Assembly: GCF_006345805.1 (NCBI RefSeq)
Contig: NW_021833723.1
Span: 1 to 56,890 of the forward strand
Length of the DNA stretch: 56,890 nucleotides
Reading direction: 5' to 3'
Source: Octopus sinensis
Lineage: Eukaryota
Shown here: positions 24,834 through 37,293 of the stretch, in pieces
Layout: each line of letters opens with the position of its first letter
Position numbering within the stretch: position 1 is the first letter of the stretch
The notes under the pieces: model-generated
What the model was told of the DNA's origin: nothing
Database searches by the model: none
Seen by the model: only the letters and a program-made list of their open reading frames with translations
Program-made: the position numbers and the translations under genes

Positions 24834-25058
24834 GAGGTGGCGAGCTGGCAGAAGCGTTTGCACGCTGGATAAAATACTTAGCGGCATTTCATCCACCTTT
24901 TCGTTATGGGTTCCTATTCTGCCGAGGTCGACATTGCATTTCATCCTTTCAGGATCGATAAAAAGAAGAAAAACACCAGTTGAACACTGGGGTCGATGTA
25001 ATTGACTTACATTCACCCCGAAATTACTGGCCTTGTGCCAAAATTTGAGACCGTTATT
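24834..25058 (+). mobile_element. SINE family B between (TTA)n and (GTA/GCA/GTG)n
   Basis: Head GGTGGCGAGCTGGCAGAA; tail GGCCTTGTGCCAAAATTTGAGACC. Confidence 0.85.
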
Positions 25059-25078
25059 TAGTAGCAGCAGCAGCAGCA

Positions 25079-25110
<32 letters not shown>

Positions 25111-25218
25111 TGGTAGTGGTGGTGGTGATGGTGGTGGTGGTGGTGGTGGTGGTGGTGGTGGTGGTGGTGTGGTGGTGGTGGTGGTGGTGGCGGCATAGTA
25201 GTAGTAGTAGTAGTAGTA

Positions 25219-25250
<32 letters not shown>

Positions 25251-25590
25251 AACAGGATCAAAGCAGAATCTGAATCTAGAAGTGTGTTTTGGGAGACATG
25301 TGAAATCATTTAATGCCGTAATCATCCAACATCTCAGGGAAGAAAACTCTAACAAACCTGATTTCATTTTCTTCTCTCTTTAGCATGTTTGCTGCTTGTC
25401 TTGATAAGCTAATATTCAGTTGAGAGACTCTGCACACATTACCTACGTAAGTAACGGTGTTGCTATATGCATGAATACTTTGAGATAGCGCTCCATGCGT
25501 ACATACATATAAGTGTGTGTGTGTGTGTGTGGTGTGTGTGTTTATGTATATGCATGTCATTTTTAATATGCATATCACATACACAAACAC

Positions 25591-25659
25591 ATATAAATAC
25601 ATATGTATGTGTATATATAAAAATGTGTGTGTATGTGTTTGTATATATGTATATATATG

Positions 25660-25699
<40 letters not shown>

Positions 25700-25789
25700 G
25701 TGTGTGTGTGTGTGTATGTATATATATATATATATATACAAACACATACACACACATTTTTATATATCCACATACATATGTATTTATAT
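25591..25789. repeat. Inverted duplication, 58-bp arms with 1 mismatch, in a compound microsatellite
   Basis: 25591-25648 is the reverse complement of 25732-25789. Confidence 0.85.
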
Positions 25790-25797
25790 TTCATATA

Positions 25798-25830
<33 letters not shown>

Positions 25831-26389
25831 GTGGTGTGTGTGTGTGTGTGCGTGTGTATGTATTTACTTACATATGTATATTTCGACACACACATACACA
25901 CATACACACAATGTTTGAACAAACAAAATGTAGTCTAAATTCGTTCGGAATTGGCTTTAACGCAATTAAGTTGTGTACGTTTAGAAATCTGGGAAGTTAC
26001 TGAAGATGGCTATTGTGACAAAAAAGGTAAAAAATGTGAAACCAATAAATAAACAGAACCAACGCAAGAGTCACAAAATAGATAAGGTAATCAACGACAA
26101 ACAGGAAGAGCGAGAAACTAAAGAGAGGAGTTGATATGTGAAACTAAATTAAGGTGGCGAGATGGCAGAAATCTTAGCACGCCGAGCGAAAAGCTGACGT
26201 CTACTTTACTATTAAGTTTTCGAGCAGCAGGCGTCCCTGGGTATTTTTCCTCCGCTATTCTTGAATTGTATACAATCACACTTATACCTAGACAGACTGA
26301 GTCATTGAGAGTTAAATTCCCGTTGTATTAGAGACTTTTCATTTGAGTGACCGACATCGCACTGTTGGTTCATTTGCTTTCTCCGTCAT

Positions 26390-26609
26390 TTTGGTTTCAA
26401 ATTTTTGGCACAACGCCAGCGGTTCCGGAAGAGGGGTAAGTCGATTACGTCGACCCCAGTGCTCGACTGGTACTTATTTTATTGACCCTGAAAAGATGAA
26501 AAGCAAAGTCGACCTCAGTAGAGTTTGAACTCATAAGTCAGAAGAAATGCCGCTTAGCATATTTTTTTTCTTCCCGGCATGGAAACGAATCTGCCAGCGC
26601 GCTGCCTTC
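26390..26609 (-). mobile_element. SINE family B
   Basis: Reverse complement of the B consensus with the AAAATTTGAAACC-type tail. Confidence 0.8.
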
Positions 26610-27817
26610 TGACGTCTTCATCATATTAAAAGAACGTTAATTGATGATTTGAAATGCCACAGAGAACATAAAACCAAAGCAAGAATAGCCGGAGTTCATA
26701 TCATGAATGGCATAGAAGGAATTATCACATTGGTGCTCATATTGATTGATGGGATTAAAATCACGAGGTCAATACTTTAAAGAGGATTGGAGTATAGTTT
26801 ATTGAATTATCCCCGATATATTTCAAATTCTTAGTCCATCGATCTAAGAACGATGGGTGTCAACGCCATCTTTATTTTCATTCAAATTCAGTGGGTAGAT
26901 CATGGATGTTATACCCTTTAAATCGCTTAATCTGCAGTTCAATTGCTTCTGATATAGATTTCTTATATTATTGACAGATTTCTGGTTCGCCATTACTCAC
27001 GAACGTGTAAGGCTTGATAGCATTACCTTGCTTTCTTTTACTGACTGTTTAAGTGTTGATGTACTCGCGATCAGAGATGGGTATCCTACCTCATCTCCCC
27101 ACACTTTAACGTTTGTACTCGATTTGGGAAAAAAATATAAGTACTAGGGGCGATTCGTTCGAAAAAATTCTTCAAGGCAGTGCCCCAGCATGACCATGAA
27201 AATGGCGGTAGTCTGCACCTTTCTTCGATCCAAACACCCGGGGCCCATTAATCCGTCCTCCGCTGTTTCTATTGTTTACTACTTCAGCTATCAGTTGAAT
27301 CAGGAACATGTTCTCCTTGCAGCATTCTGCCTCTGTTGTTTGGTCGGCGTCCTGCAAACGAAGATTCATCGATTTGCAGAGGCTCTTCAGTTCCTACCAT
27401 TTTTCTACGATTGTTAAAGGAAACAATTTGTGAACAAATTTCACGACACATGTTGAACAATCACATATTGATTCGGTACTTCTACCAGTTAAGTGATGTA
27501 CCTTATTATAAGCAACATCTTGAGTAAAATTTTAAAAATTAATTCTAAAATTTGATACAGAGAAAGATTGCAATGAATTTTGTTATTGTTGTAAAGCGGT
27601 CTTTTGCTACTGTTGTATCTGTCTTTTGACGACGGTTGTCGTTCTGACAGATATTATTATGTTCCGAAGTCGATAGAATGGTTCTATATGGTACTGAACG
27701 ACCCCCAGTCGTACAGTGTTACTATTCTCAAAAGTTGGATTGTTATAACATCCACTCAGTATCACAGTATAATTGCTATATCAGCACAGACACGACTATC
27801 AACACAGTCTTCACATA

Positions 27818-27885
27818 TTCTCGACCTTCTGGCCTTCTCGACCTTTTGACTTTCTCGACCTTCTGACCTCCTCTACCTTCTCCCC
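27818..27885. repeat. 17-bp minisatellite x4 (TTCTCGACCTTCTGACC)
   Basis: Four adjacent, progressively degenerate units. Confidence 0.85.
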
Positions 27886-27971
27886 TGTCGACCGGCTACT
27901 GGTCAATTTATAATGGCTGTCTACTGCCATTTTTTACCGGGCGGGGGGTACAGTTTCACTATACAACAGTT

Positions 27972-28196
27972 TAAGGCGGCGAGCTGGCAGAAACGTTAAC
28001 ACGCCGGGCGAAATGCGTAGCCGTATTTCGTCTGGCATTACATTCTGAGTTCAAATTCCACCGAGGTCGACTTTACCTTTCATCCTTTCGGGGTCGATAA
28101 ATTAAGTACCAGTTACACCCTAGGGTCGATGTAATACGTTTGTCTGTCCTTGTTTGTCCCCTCTGTGTTTAACCCCTTGTGGGTAGTAAAGAAATA
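27972..28196 (+). mobile_element. Young family B SINE with 14-bp TSD
   Basis: ACTATACAACAGTT at 27958-27971 and 28197-28210. Confidence 0.95.
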
Positions 28197-28210
28197 ACTA
28201 TACAACAGTT

Positions 28211-28465
28211 ATTTAAATCAATAAAATAGAAAAAAAAGCCATTTCCATTGCGGATAGAACGATAAGTTTGGCAGCCGCGAGTTTTGCAACGTAAAGTTGG
28301 AAAAATTTCACCCTTTTTCCATTTTCTTCGAACCTCCTTCATTTCTCCTCCACAACAATGACATGGTGCAGCATTTTCTTCATCATCTAAAAGACCATTT
28401 CTTCGTAAAAATGCAACTGCCTTTGTCCCGTCGCTGATCACATTGTAAAAATCTTTAGCCAACAT
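28211..28465 (-). mobile_element. Merlin/IS1595-like transposase N-terminal remnant
   Basis: AVAFLRRNGLL..CHCCGGEM..LRCKTRGCQTYRSIRNGNGFF is the Zn-ribbon pattern I recall from Merlin/ISXO2 transposases. Confidence 0.7.
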
Positions 28466-28754
28466 CTTAGGGTTTCTAGAAATTGAAAAGTAACCTAAAG
28501 TAATCGCCCTTTAAATTGTAGATCACACGCCAAAGTAGTATCAAAAAAGGATTATCGTTTAAGCTACGCGTTATCTAGTTTCATTGAAAACACCAAGAAA
28601 AAAAATTCTCTTTCAGTTACCTACCTTGAATGTGCTCTTCTAACCTCTACGGCTGCCTTCTTTAGTGAGAATTTTATACATTATCATGATTGTATTATTT
28701 CCTACCTTACGTGTGTGTTTGTGATTGCTTGTTGTGTGTGTGTGCGTACGTGTA

Positions 28755-28785
<31 letters not shown>

Positions 28786-28821
28786 TTGTGATTGCTTGTT
28801 GTGTGTGTGTGCGTACGTGTA

Positions 28822-28853
<32 letters not shown>

Positions 28854-29155
28854 GTGCGCGCGCAGTACTATCGTCAGCATCTCGTTGTATTAGCCAAGAA
28901 AAGGGAACAAACTGGAGTCCAAGGAAATGTGTGAAGTGATCAGCATGGACAAAGGAAAACAATTAATCATATGTTTAAAGTAGAATGCGTTGGCGTATCG
29001 TGAGATCGCAACTCACCTCACCTCATGACATACGAACTTATGCCTTTTGCTATTAATCTTTTATAGAATTCAGCCGTTTTTGGCACTTCGACCACCTATG
29101 TGTGTGTGCGCGTGTGTGCGTGTGTGTGTGTGTGTGAGTATGTGAGTGCATTTGT

Positions 29156-29269
29156 AGAAAGAAAGAAAGAATGAAAGAAAGAAAGAAAGAAAGAAAGAAA
29201 GAAAAGAAGGAAGGAAGGAAGGAAAGAAAGAAAGAAAGAAAGAAAGGAAGGAAGGAAGGAAGGAAGGAA

Positions 29270-29306
<37 letters not shown>

Positions 29307-29943
29307 GAAGGAAGGAAGGAAGGAAGGAAAGAAAGAAAGAAAAAAAAAGAAGTAAGAAGAAAGAAAGGAAAAGAAAAAAGGAAAGAAGGAAAGAAAGAAA
29401 GAAAGAAAGAAAGAAGGAAGGAAGGAAGGAAGGAGGAAGAAAGAAAGAAAGAAAGAAAGAAGAAAGAAAAAAAAAGAAAAAAGAAAGAAAGAAAAAGAAA
29501 GAAGAAAGAAAGAAAGAACGAAGGAAGGAAGGAAGGAAGGAAAGAAAGAAAGGAAAGAAAGAAAGAAAGAAAAAGAACGAAAGAAAGGAAGGAAGGAAGG
29601 AAGGAGGAAGGAAGAAGAAAGAAAGAAAGGAAGGAAGAGAAAGAAAGAAAGAAAGAAAGGAAGGAAGGAGAAAGGAAGGAAGGAAATGAAGGAAAGAAAA
29701 AAGAAAGAAAAAAAGAAAGAAGAAAGAAAGCGGAAGGAAGGAAGGAAGGAAGGAAGGAAGGAAGGAAAGAGGAAGAAAGAAAGAAGAAAGAAAGAAAGGA
29801 AGAAGGAAGGAACGAAGGAAGGAAGGAAAGAAAGAAAGAAAGAAAGAAAGAAAGAAGAAAAAAGAAAGAAAGAAAGAAAGAAGGAAGGAAGGAAGGAAAG
29901 AAAGAAAGAAAGAAAGAAAGGAAGGAAGGAAGGAAGGAAGGAA

Positions 29944-29980
<37 letters not shown>

Positions 29981-30214
29981 GAAGGAAGGAAGGAAGGAAG
30001 GAAAGAAAAAAGAAAAAAAAAGAAGTAAGAAGAAAGAAAGGAAAAGAAAAAAGAAAGAAAGACGGAAGGAAGGAAGGAAGGAAGGAAAGAAAGAAAGAAA
30101 GAAAAGAAAGAAAGATAAGAAAGAAAGAAAAAAAAGAAAGAAAGAAAGAAAGAAAGAAAGACGGAAGGAAGGAACGAAGGAAGGAAGGAAGGAAGGAAGG
30201 AAGGAAGGAAGGAA

Positions 30215-30255
<41 letters not shown>

Positions 30256-30443
30256 GAAGAAAGAAAGAAAAGAAAGAAAGAAGGAAGGAAGGAAGGAAGG
30301 AAGGAAGGAAGGAATGAAAGAAAGAAAAGAAAGAAAGAAAGAAAGAAAAAAAGAAAGAAAGAAGAAGGAAGGAAGGAAGGAAAGAAGGAAAGAAGAAAGG
30401 AAAGAAAGAAAGAAAGAAAGAAAGGAAGGAAGGAAGGAAGGAA

Positions 30444-30477
<34 letters not shown>

Positions 30478-31023
30478 AAAAAGAAAGAAAGAAAGAAAGA
30501 AAAAAGAAAGAAAGAAAGAAAGAAAGACGGAAGGAAGGAAGGAAGGAGGAAAGAAGGAAAGAAAGAAAGAAAGAAAGAAAGAAAGAAGAAAGAAAGGAAG
30601 GAAGGAAGGAAGGAAGGAAGGAAGAAAAAGAAAGAAAGAAAGGAAGGAAGAAAGAAAGAAAGAAAGAAAGAAAGGAAGGAAGGAAGGAAGGAAGGAAGGA
30701 ATGAAAGAAAGAAAAAAGAAAGAAAAAAGAAAGAAAGAAAGAAAGACGGAAGGAAGGAAGGAAGGAAGGAAGGAAGGAAGGAAAGAAGGAAAGAAAGAAA
30801 GAAAGAAAGAAAGAAAGGAAGGAAGGAAGGAACGAAGGAAGGAAAGAAGAAAGAAAGAAAGAAAGAAAGAAAAAAGAAAGAAAGAAAGAAAGAAAAAGAA
30901 GAAAAAAGAAAAGAAAGGAAAGAAAGACGGAAGGGGGAAGGAAGGAAGGAAGGAAAGAAGGAAAGAAAGAAAGAAAGAAAGAAAGGAAGGAAGGAAGGAA
31001 GGAAGGAAGGAAGAAAGAAAGGA

Positions 31024-31079
<56 letters not shown>

Positions 31080-31110
31080 AAAAAAGAAAGAAAGAAAAGA
31101 AGAAAGAAAG
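29156..31110. repeat. ~1.95-kb (GAAA)/(GGAA) polypurine array
   Basis: Almost pyrimidine-free plus strand. Confidence 0.95.
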
Positions 31111-31329
31111 GAGGGTGGAGGGAGAAAGGCTGACAAAACGTGATGCTTGTAAATCTAGGATGCCATCAAGCCTCCACATAAAGCAAAGGGCATCTGAAAT
31201 TGAATAACATATGGAAACTGTAAGAATATTCCGAGAAAATAACCGTCGAAGCAGACTTAAAGCTACTGATGTAGAATAGTGAATACACACTGAAGAACTG
31301 TGTTTGTCCACCACCACCACTTGACAACC

Positions 31330-31558
31330 TATTTCTTTATTACCCACAAGGGGCTAAACACAGAGGGGACAAACAAGGACAGACATAGGTATTAAGTCAA
31401 TTACATTGACCCCAGTGCGTAACTGGTACTTAATTTATCGACCCCGAAAGGATGAAAGGCAAAGTCGACCTCGGCGGTATTTGAACTCACAACGTAACGC
31501 AGACGAAATACCGTTAGGCATTTCGCCCGGCGTGCTAACGTTTCTGCCAGCTCGCCGC
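31330..31558 (-). mobile_element. Family B SINE inserted into a family A 3' half, 10-bp TSD
   Basis: CTTGACAACC at 31320-31329 and 31559-31568; family A sequence spans about 31300-31740. Confidence 0.9.
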
Positions 31559-31835
31559 CTTGACAACCGGTGTTGGTTTGTTTACGTCTTCGTAACTTAG
31601 CGGTTCGGCAAAAAGGGACTGATGGAACAAGTATCAGGCTTCAGAAAACATAAATACTGGGATCAATTCATTCGACTAAAAGTTCTCCAAGGTGTTTGCC
31701 CCTGCATGGCTGCAGTCTAATGAGTGAAACAGATAAAAGATAATACAAAAACAAATATTCGAAATTTTTTTTTATACAGTTCCTAGCAATATTCAACTAT
31801 AAAATACAGTATGATCTTTCTTTTGTATATATACA

Positions 31836-32012
31836 GGCGTAGGAGTGGCTGTGTGGTAAGTAGCTTGTTTACCAACCACATGGTTCCGGGTTCAGTCCCA
31901 CTGCGTGGCACCTTGGGCAATTGTCTTCTACTATAGTCTCGGGCCGTCCAAAGCCTTGGGAGTGGATTTGGTAGGCGGAAACTGAGAGAAGCCAGTCGTA
32001 TATATGTATATA
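31836..32012 (+). mobile_element. SINE family A, 5' half
   Basis: Near-consensus head through GCCAGTCGTATATATG. Confidence 0.9.
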
Positions 32013-33195
32013 TAAAGTAAGGCATGATTTGAAGGAAAATAACTGCTATTTCTAGCAGGTAGAATAGTCACATCGAGGTTATTTTATTTCGTAAATATGA
32101 AAACTAAAAGTGGTCTCAGTAGTGCTGTCGTACCTCCAAAGCACAATATGAAAAGAGAAACTTCAGTGGCGAGGCAAGCGAGCATTAATGTTAACGTGAC
32201 ATTGTTACTTGTTTTATTCGTCTCTCAATCGAGTTCATATGATTTTTCCAGTATCACCATCGAATGTTCGTATTCTTTCACTGACTCATATATCTTACTG
32301 GTTCAATAATTCTAAATGTAAATACACAACAATGAACTATGCTTCATCACCGTTGATAGTGAAAATACTGTATAATTTAAGATTTCATTAGCTTGCAATA
32401 TTAGTTTCAAATTTTGACACGAAGCTAACAATTAGCTTATGATACTGAATTTGATCAAACGTTACCATTTATAGAACATGGAGAGGAGAATGAGCTCCAT
32501 CAGGCTGACTTGCTCTTCACTTCAATGGTACTTGAAAAACGCTATGGAGTGTGGAGTTCATGAATATCCTCGCTTAATATTTTCATTCAATATCCTTCTT
32601 TTCCGACGCCTCCTAATTTTCCTTCATATCTGATACTACTTTATTACGCCCCAATCTTATCTTTCCTACATCTCTCACTCCCTTTACAAATTATTGCTTC
32701 ATATGCGTATGAGCATGAGTGTATGTGTGTATACACAGCACACACACACACATACATACATATATGTATATGTGTATGTGCGTGTATTTATGTATGTGTA
32801 TGTATGTAAACGTTATGCGGTTTTCAAGCAAAGATTAAAGACAGCGAAAGACAAATGGCTACTTTTTAATATCCCTAGAGATATTTAATAATTGTTTAAT
32901 AATATTATATAATGCTTGGCACAAAATAAAATCTCATTTTAATTTCCCTTCCCCTTCTTTTTGAACAGTAGTTGGTGATGATTCATTATCTTCTTAACAA
33001 TGTGATCATATTATGAGTTCGGTAGCGTGGGACAGAGTTTCGAGTCCCGGTTTTCATTTCTATTTATAATCTAAATACCTTTGGAAAACGAATGAATGCC
33101 CGAAATTTAGATTTCGTTCTTCATTATTTAAAAAAAAATAAGGCTCGAAATAAATCGAAATAAATCGATGTTCTTATTGACATTTGTTTATACTA

Positions 33196-33350
33196 GGCAC
33201 AGACATGGCTGTGCGGTTAAGAAGCTCGCTCTGTGACTACGAGACTTAAGGTTCAGTCCCACTGCGTGACAACTTAGGTAAGTGTCCTCTGCAATAAGCA
33301 CGGACCGACCAATAACTTCTGAGTGAAGTTGATAGACGGAAACTGTGTAT
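33196..33350 (+). mobile_element. SINE family A, 5' half, diverged
   Basis: GGCACAGACATGGCTGTGCGGTTAAG..GGTTCAGTCCCACTGCG..GACGGAAACTG. Confidence 0.7.
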
Positions 33351-33393
33351 GTGTGTGTGTGTAAATACATCCATATACAACACACAAGATATA

Positions 33394-33433
<40 letters not shown>

Positions 33434-33436
<3 letters not shown>

Positions 33437-33808
33437 GTTCAGAGATTTATTATTGCTTGTATACACTTTTTTAAGATCAGTGACGAAAAATTACTGGAAA
33501 AAGGATATAAATATTTGCATTGGGACTCCTTTCATCGAAAACCGGTGATTATCGTGCCTGATGACGGGTCAATACCCAGAAACTGCAGTCCGTGCGTATC
33601 ACTTAGGTTGACGAGGGAAGGATGACCTCCCTTTGCAAACACCGATAAGGCACAAAAAGTGTGCCTATAGCCAGCTGGAGGAGATGTTCTCCTGGGGCTA
33701 CAAGCTACAGTAACATTCACCCTTAGTGGTTAGCCATATTGAGATGGCAAATATACCTCACATTGTCGTGCAGTTACTGTCTATACCTCGTTCAGAGATT
33801 TATTATTG
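33434..33808 (+). mobile_element. Hammerhead-containing retrozyme/Penelope-like unit (353-bp period)
   Basis: 22-bp direct repeat CTCGTTCAGAGATTTATTATTG at 33434 and 33787; internal hammerhead; (TA)n flanks; related sequence at 43193-43378. Confidence 0.65.
33545..33602 (+). ncRNA. Type I hammerhead ribozyme motif
   Basis: CUGAUGA-C-GGGU(CAAU)ACCC-A-GAAAC-UGCA-GUC; outer stem I GUGAU/AUCAC intact, inner stem I degenerate. Confidence 0.7.
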
Positions 33809-33824
33809 TATATATATATATATA

Positions 33825-34067
33825 CAGAGTTGGCCAAAAGTCACCTGACAGTAAATCAAAACCCATTTCATTCCTAGATTAAAACAAACAAAAAATATTT
33901 TATATGAGACTTCGTTAATAAACAGACAAATGTTGAAAGAAAAATCGGCGATTTTAACTCACAGCATTCAATTATTAAACATTCATAATTGGAATGAATA
34001 AATAAAATTGAATATTAATTATTAATGGAGTGTTTAATTACTATCAGGTGACTTTTGGCCAACCTTG
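33825..34067. mobile_element. Tc1/mariner-type MITE in (TA)n
   Basis: TA|CAGAGTTGGCCAAAAGTCACCTGACAGTAA...TTACTATCAGGTGACTTTTGGCCAACCTTG|TA. Confidence 0.9.
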
Positions 34068-34084
34068 TATATATACATATGAAT

Positions 34085-34290
34085 ATCATTATTCAGTTTA
34101 TTTTAAGATTTCTTGCCAATAGAGAAAGAACCGATTTCTAACTTATGTATGTATGTATGTATGTATGTATGTATGTATGTATGTATGTATGTATGTATGT
34201 ATGTATGTGCAGATTTGTATGTTTTATTCATGTATTCTCATGCATATAGTTACATATCTTGACATGCCCTTATATGTCTAGAGAAAAAGT
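34085..34290 (-). mobile_element. R4/Dong-like family 1, 3' UTR fragment
   Basis: Matches the family 1 3' UTR; internal (ATGT)n at 34145-34208. Confidence 0.8.
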
Positions 34291-35404
34291 TATGATCTAT
34301 GCATCTTATATTTGTGTATGTAGGGTCATACATACACAAATATAGGATGCACAGAGGTGTGTTGTGGTTATGATGTTGTTAAAACTGTCTTAGTTGTGCT
34401 TATGCTTTTAATTAAGGTGGGTGAGTGCGGAATTTTATGCCCATATGATAAAGTCAAGTCTCCAGCATATAATATTTTGTATTCCATGGTATATCACTGT
34501 ATGTTATTACGCTGCTTCAGCTTACATGGCAATGAGTAACGGGTTCCAAGTACTTACCAATAACTAACCAGCTTCCCCTCTTCAAGAAGATATATATCTC
34601 ATCCACTTCGAGCTTCAGAAACTAGAGTTGTGTATTGACTAATATGAACTGTAAGGATTTTCATATTGCACCGAGTCAATTTATGTAAAGACTTAAGCTA
34701 CTGTAACCTGCTTCATACAACAGAATCTCATTATATGATGGCTGTTATTAATTTGAGATGAACGAAACAGAGCATGAAGGTATGGGAGTGAAAAGGGAGA
34801 ATGCAAAGGGATAACTTAGTTTGATGTTTGTTTATTATATTCATATTAACTTCTTCATAACCTTCGTAACAAAAGGAATTCTCTAAATATTTGAAGAAAT
34901 AATTTCTTCAATGTAAACATTCGTGGAAGACTTTATCGCCATCTTGCCTTTTATTTGACTACTTCATAACATTTTCATAACTTAATATTTATTAGATCTT
35001 TGCGGAGCTATGGAAGGAAAAAAGCTGAAATTTGGACTCTATTTCTTGCAGTATTTAGCTCCTTAATTTTATGTTTTGGATTCAAATTCTAATAAATTTA
35101 AAATGTTTTTTGCATCCTTTTCTTCTAATAACATTTCAATATCCATTTCTGGAAGACTTTCAGATGGAATCCGTCGAAATTAGGAATAACCAATTTCCTT
35201 TCCTGGTTGTAACCATTTCAGTGCCTATGTAATAAATCAATTTTTTTATGAAAATAGCAGATTCACGAGAATCTAACATTCATTTTTTTTTGTTTAAATT
35301 TGATATTCTGCAGTGAAATATGGTGACTTACGCAAGTTAAAATGACTATTTTTATAATATATAATACATTTATTAAAAGCCGCACGCACCCATGCATATA
35401 TACC

Positions 35405-35413
35405 TTTATATAC

Positions 35414-35457
<44 letters not shown>

Positions 35458-35508
35458 TATATATATTATAGATATATATATAGGATATATCTAATATATA
35501 TATATCGC

Positions 35509-35540
<32 letters not shown>

Positions 35541-35609
35541 CATATATTATATATATATATAGATATATATAATATATATATATATATATCTCTATATATA
35601 TATATATAT

Positions 35610-35655
<46 letters not shown>
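35405..35655. repeat. (TA)n tract, degenerate
   Basis: Direct reading. Confidence 0.95.
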
Positions 35656-35657
<2 letters not shown>

Positions 35658-35948
35658 AGGCACACATACACACATAATGCAAACGAAAGAAAGGAGTTGA
35701 GAGAGTGGAGAAACATACAAATATGTATCCATTGAAAGCTTTCTCACACGTTCGTACAGACTGTGAACACAACTAACAATGATAGATCTTCGTTAGGACA
35801 TGTGCACATCTCAATAACGTATAGCTACAAGAACATTCATTTCGTTGAATATATTGCAAGGAAATGATATCTTTGTAAAAGATAGACTGTTAAAAGAGAG
35901 AAAGAATAATAACTGCAAGCCGGGCCGAGTCAACATCGGAGGGGACCA

Positions 35949-35966
35949 TAATAATAATAATTAATA

Positions 35967-36000
<34 letters not shown>

Positions 36001-36265
36001 CTAATAACAAATAATAATATAATAATATAATAATAATAATATAAAATAATAATAATAATAATAATAATCGTAATAATAATAATATAGCAATAGTAATAAT
36101 AATAATAGTAATAATAATAATATGTAATAATGATAATATAATAATGTGATGATGATGATGATGATAATAATAATAATAATAATAATAGTAATGATAATAC
36201 TAATAATAATAATAGTAATAATAATATTAATAATAATAGTAATAATAATAGTAATAATGATAATA

Positions 36266-36346
<81 letters not shown>
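35949..36346. repeat. (TAA)n tract with TGA/TAG variants
   Basis: Direct reading. Confidence 0.95.
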
Positions 36347-36978
36347 TACTAATGGTGGCGACATATCACTGGTGCTAACTAGGAAATTGGTTTAAGGATA
36401 CAGGGAACCTTGATAAGGAAAAACTGAAGTCTTGAAAAGTAGGGAAAATAATACGAACAGGTCTGGAGAAAAATATAATTAAAAACTATAAGAAAAATAA
36501 AATAAAATAAAATAAAATAAAAAATTAATAATGGAAAACAAACAGAAAACAATTGAAAGTGTGAATGGCTGAGATTAAAAAAGGAGAAGGGAGGTAAAAA
36601 TGAAGAAAATGAAGAGAAAATGAAGGCAAACCGCTCAAAGTAGAGAAAGAATTTGAAGAAGATTAAAGGAAGAAACGAATGAGGAGAGAAAGACATGGCA
36701 AGAGAAATAAGTTGATCTCTGTATATTGGTTCAATGCTTCCTTAGTTCAACAAAATCCGACCTTAATTTTCATTGTAAATATTTGCCTAGAAACAATTCA
36801 GTCAGTGGGAAAATACAAAAAAGGTTGTGGTGGAAAGATTTTGAATCGTGAGGCAGGCAGACGATATTTCAATGCATGTCATACAAAATGGTAAAGGTGT
36901 GAGGAAAGAAAATGCAGGTAGTGGTGGTGGTGGTGGTGGTGATGGCGGCTGTGGCGTCAGCAGTGTTGGTGGTGGTTG

Positions 36979-37009
<31 letters not shown>

Positions 37010-37240
37010 GGTTGTAGTGGTGCTGGTGGAGAGGAGGAGAAAATGAACGCTGAAAAAGGAAGGATTTCTTTTTGGCTTATTGAATACCATGATTGACTTG
37101 AACAATTGAACCGTACAATTACGGATATTGACTTAACGTTATTTCTTTGTGTGTATATATATATATATGCTGTGCATGTACGTATGTATGTATATATACA
37201 CACACACATATACATATATAAATGTGTGTATGTATGCATG

Positions 37241-37293
<53 letters not shown>

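Noticed and set aside
27818-27885. CRISPR-like array
   Set aside because: Adjacent repeats without spacers, in eukaryotic context.
29053-31347. Very long ORFs (764, 688 and 485 aa)
   Set aside because: Read-through of the (GAAA/GGAA) array, which lacks stops; no protein features.
34557-34650. Minus-strand exon candidate with a GTAAGT donor and a cNMP-like peptide
   Set aside because: All three frames contain stops from the candidate acceptor.
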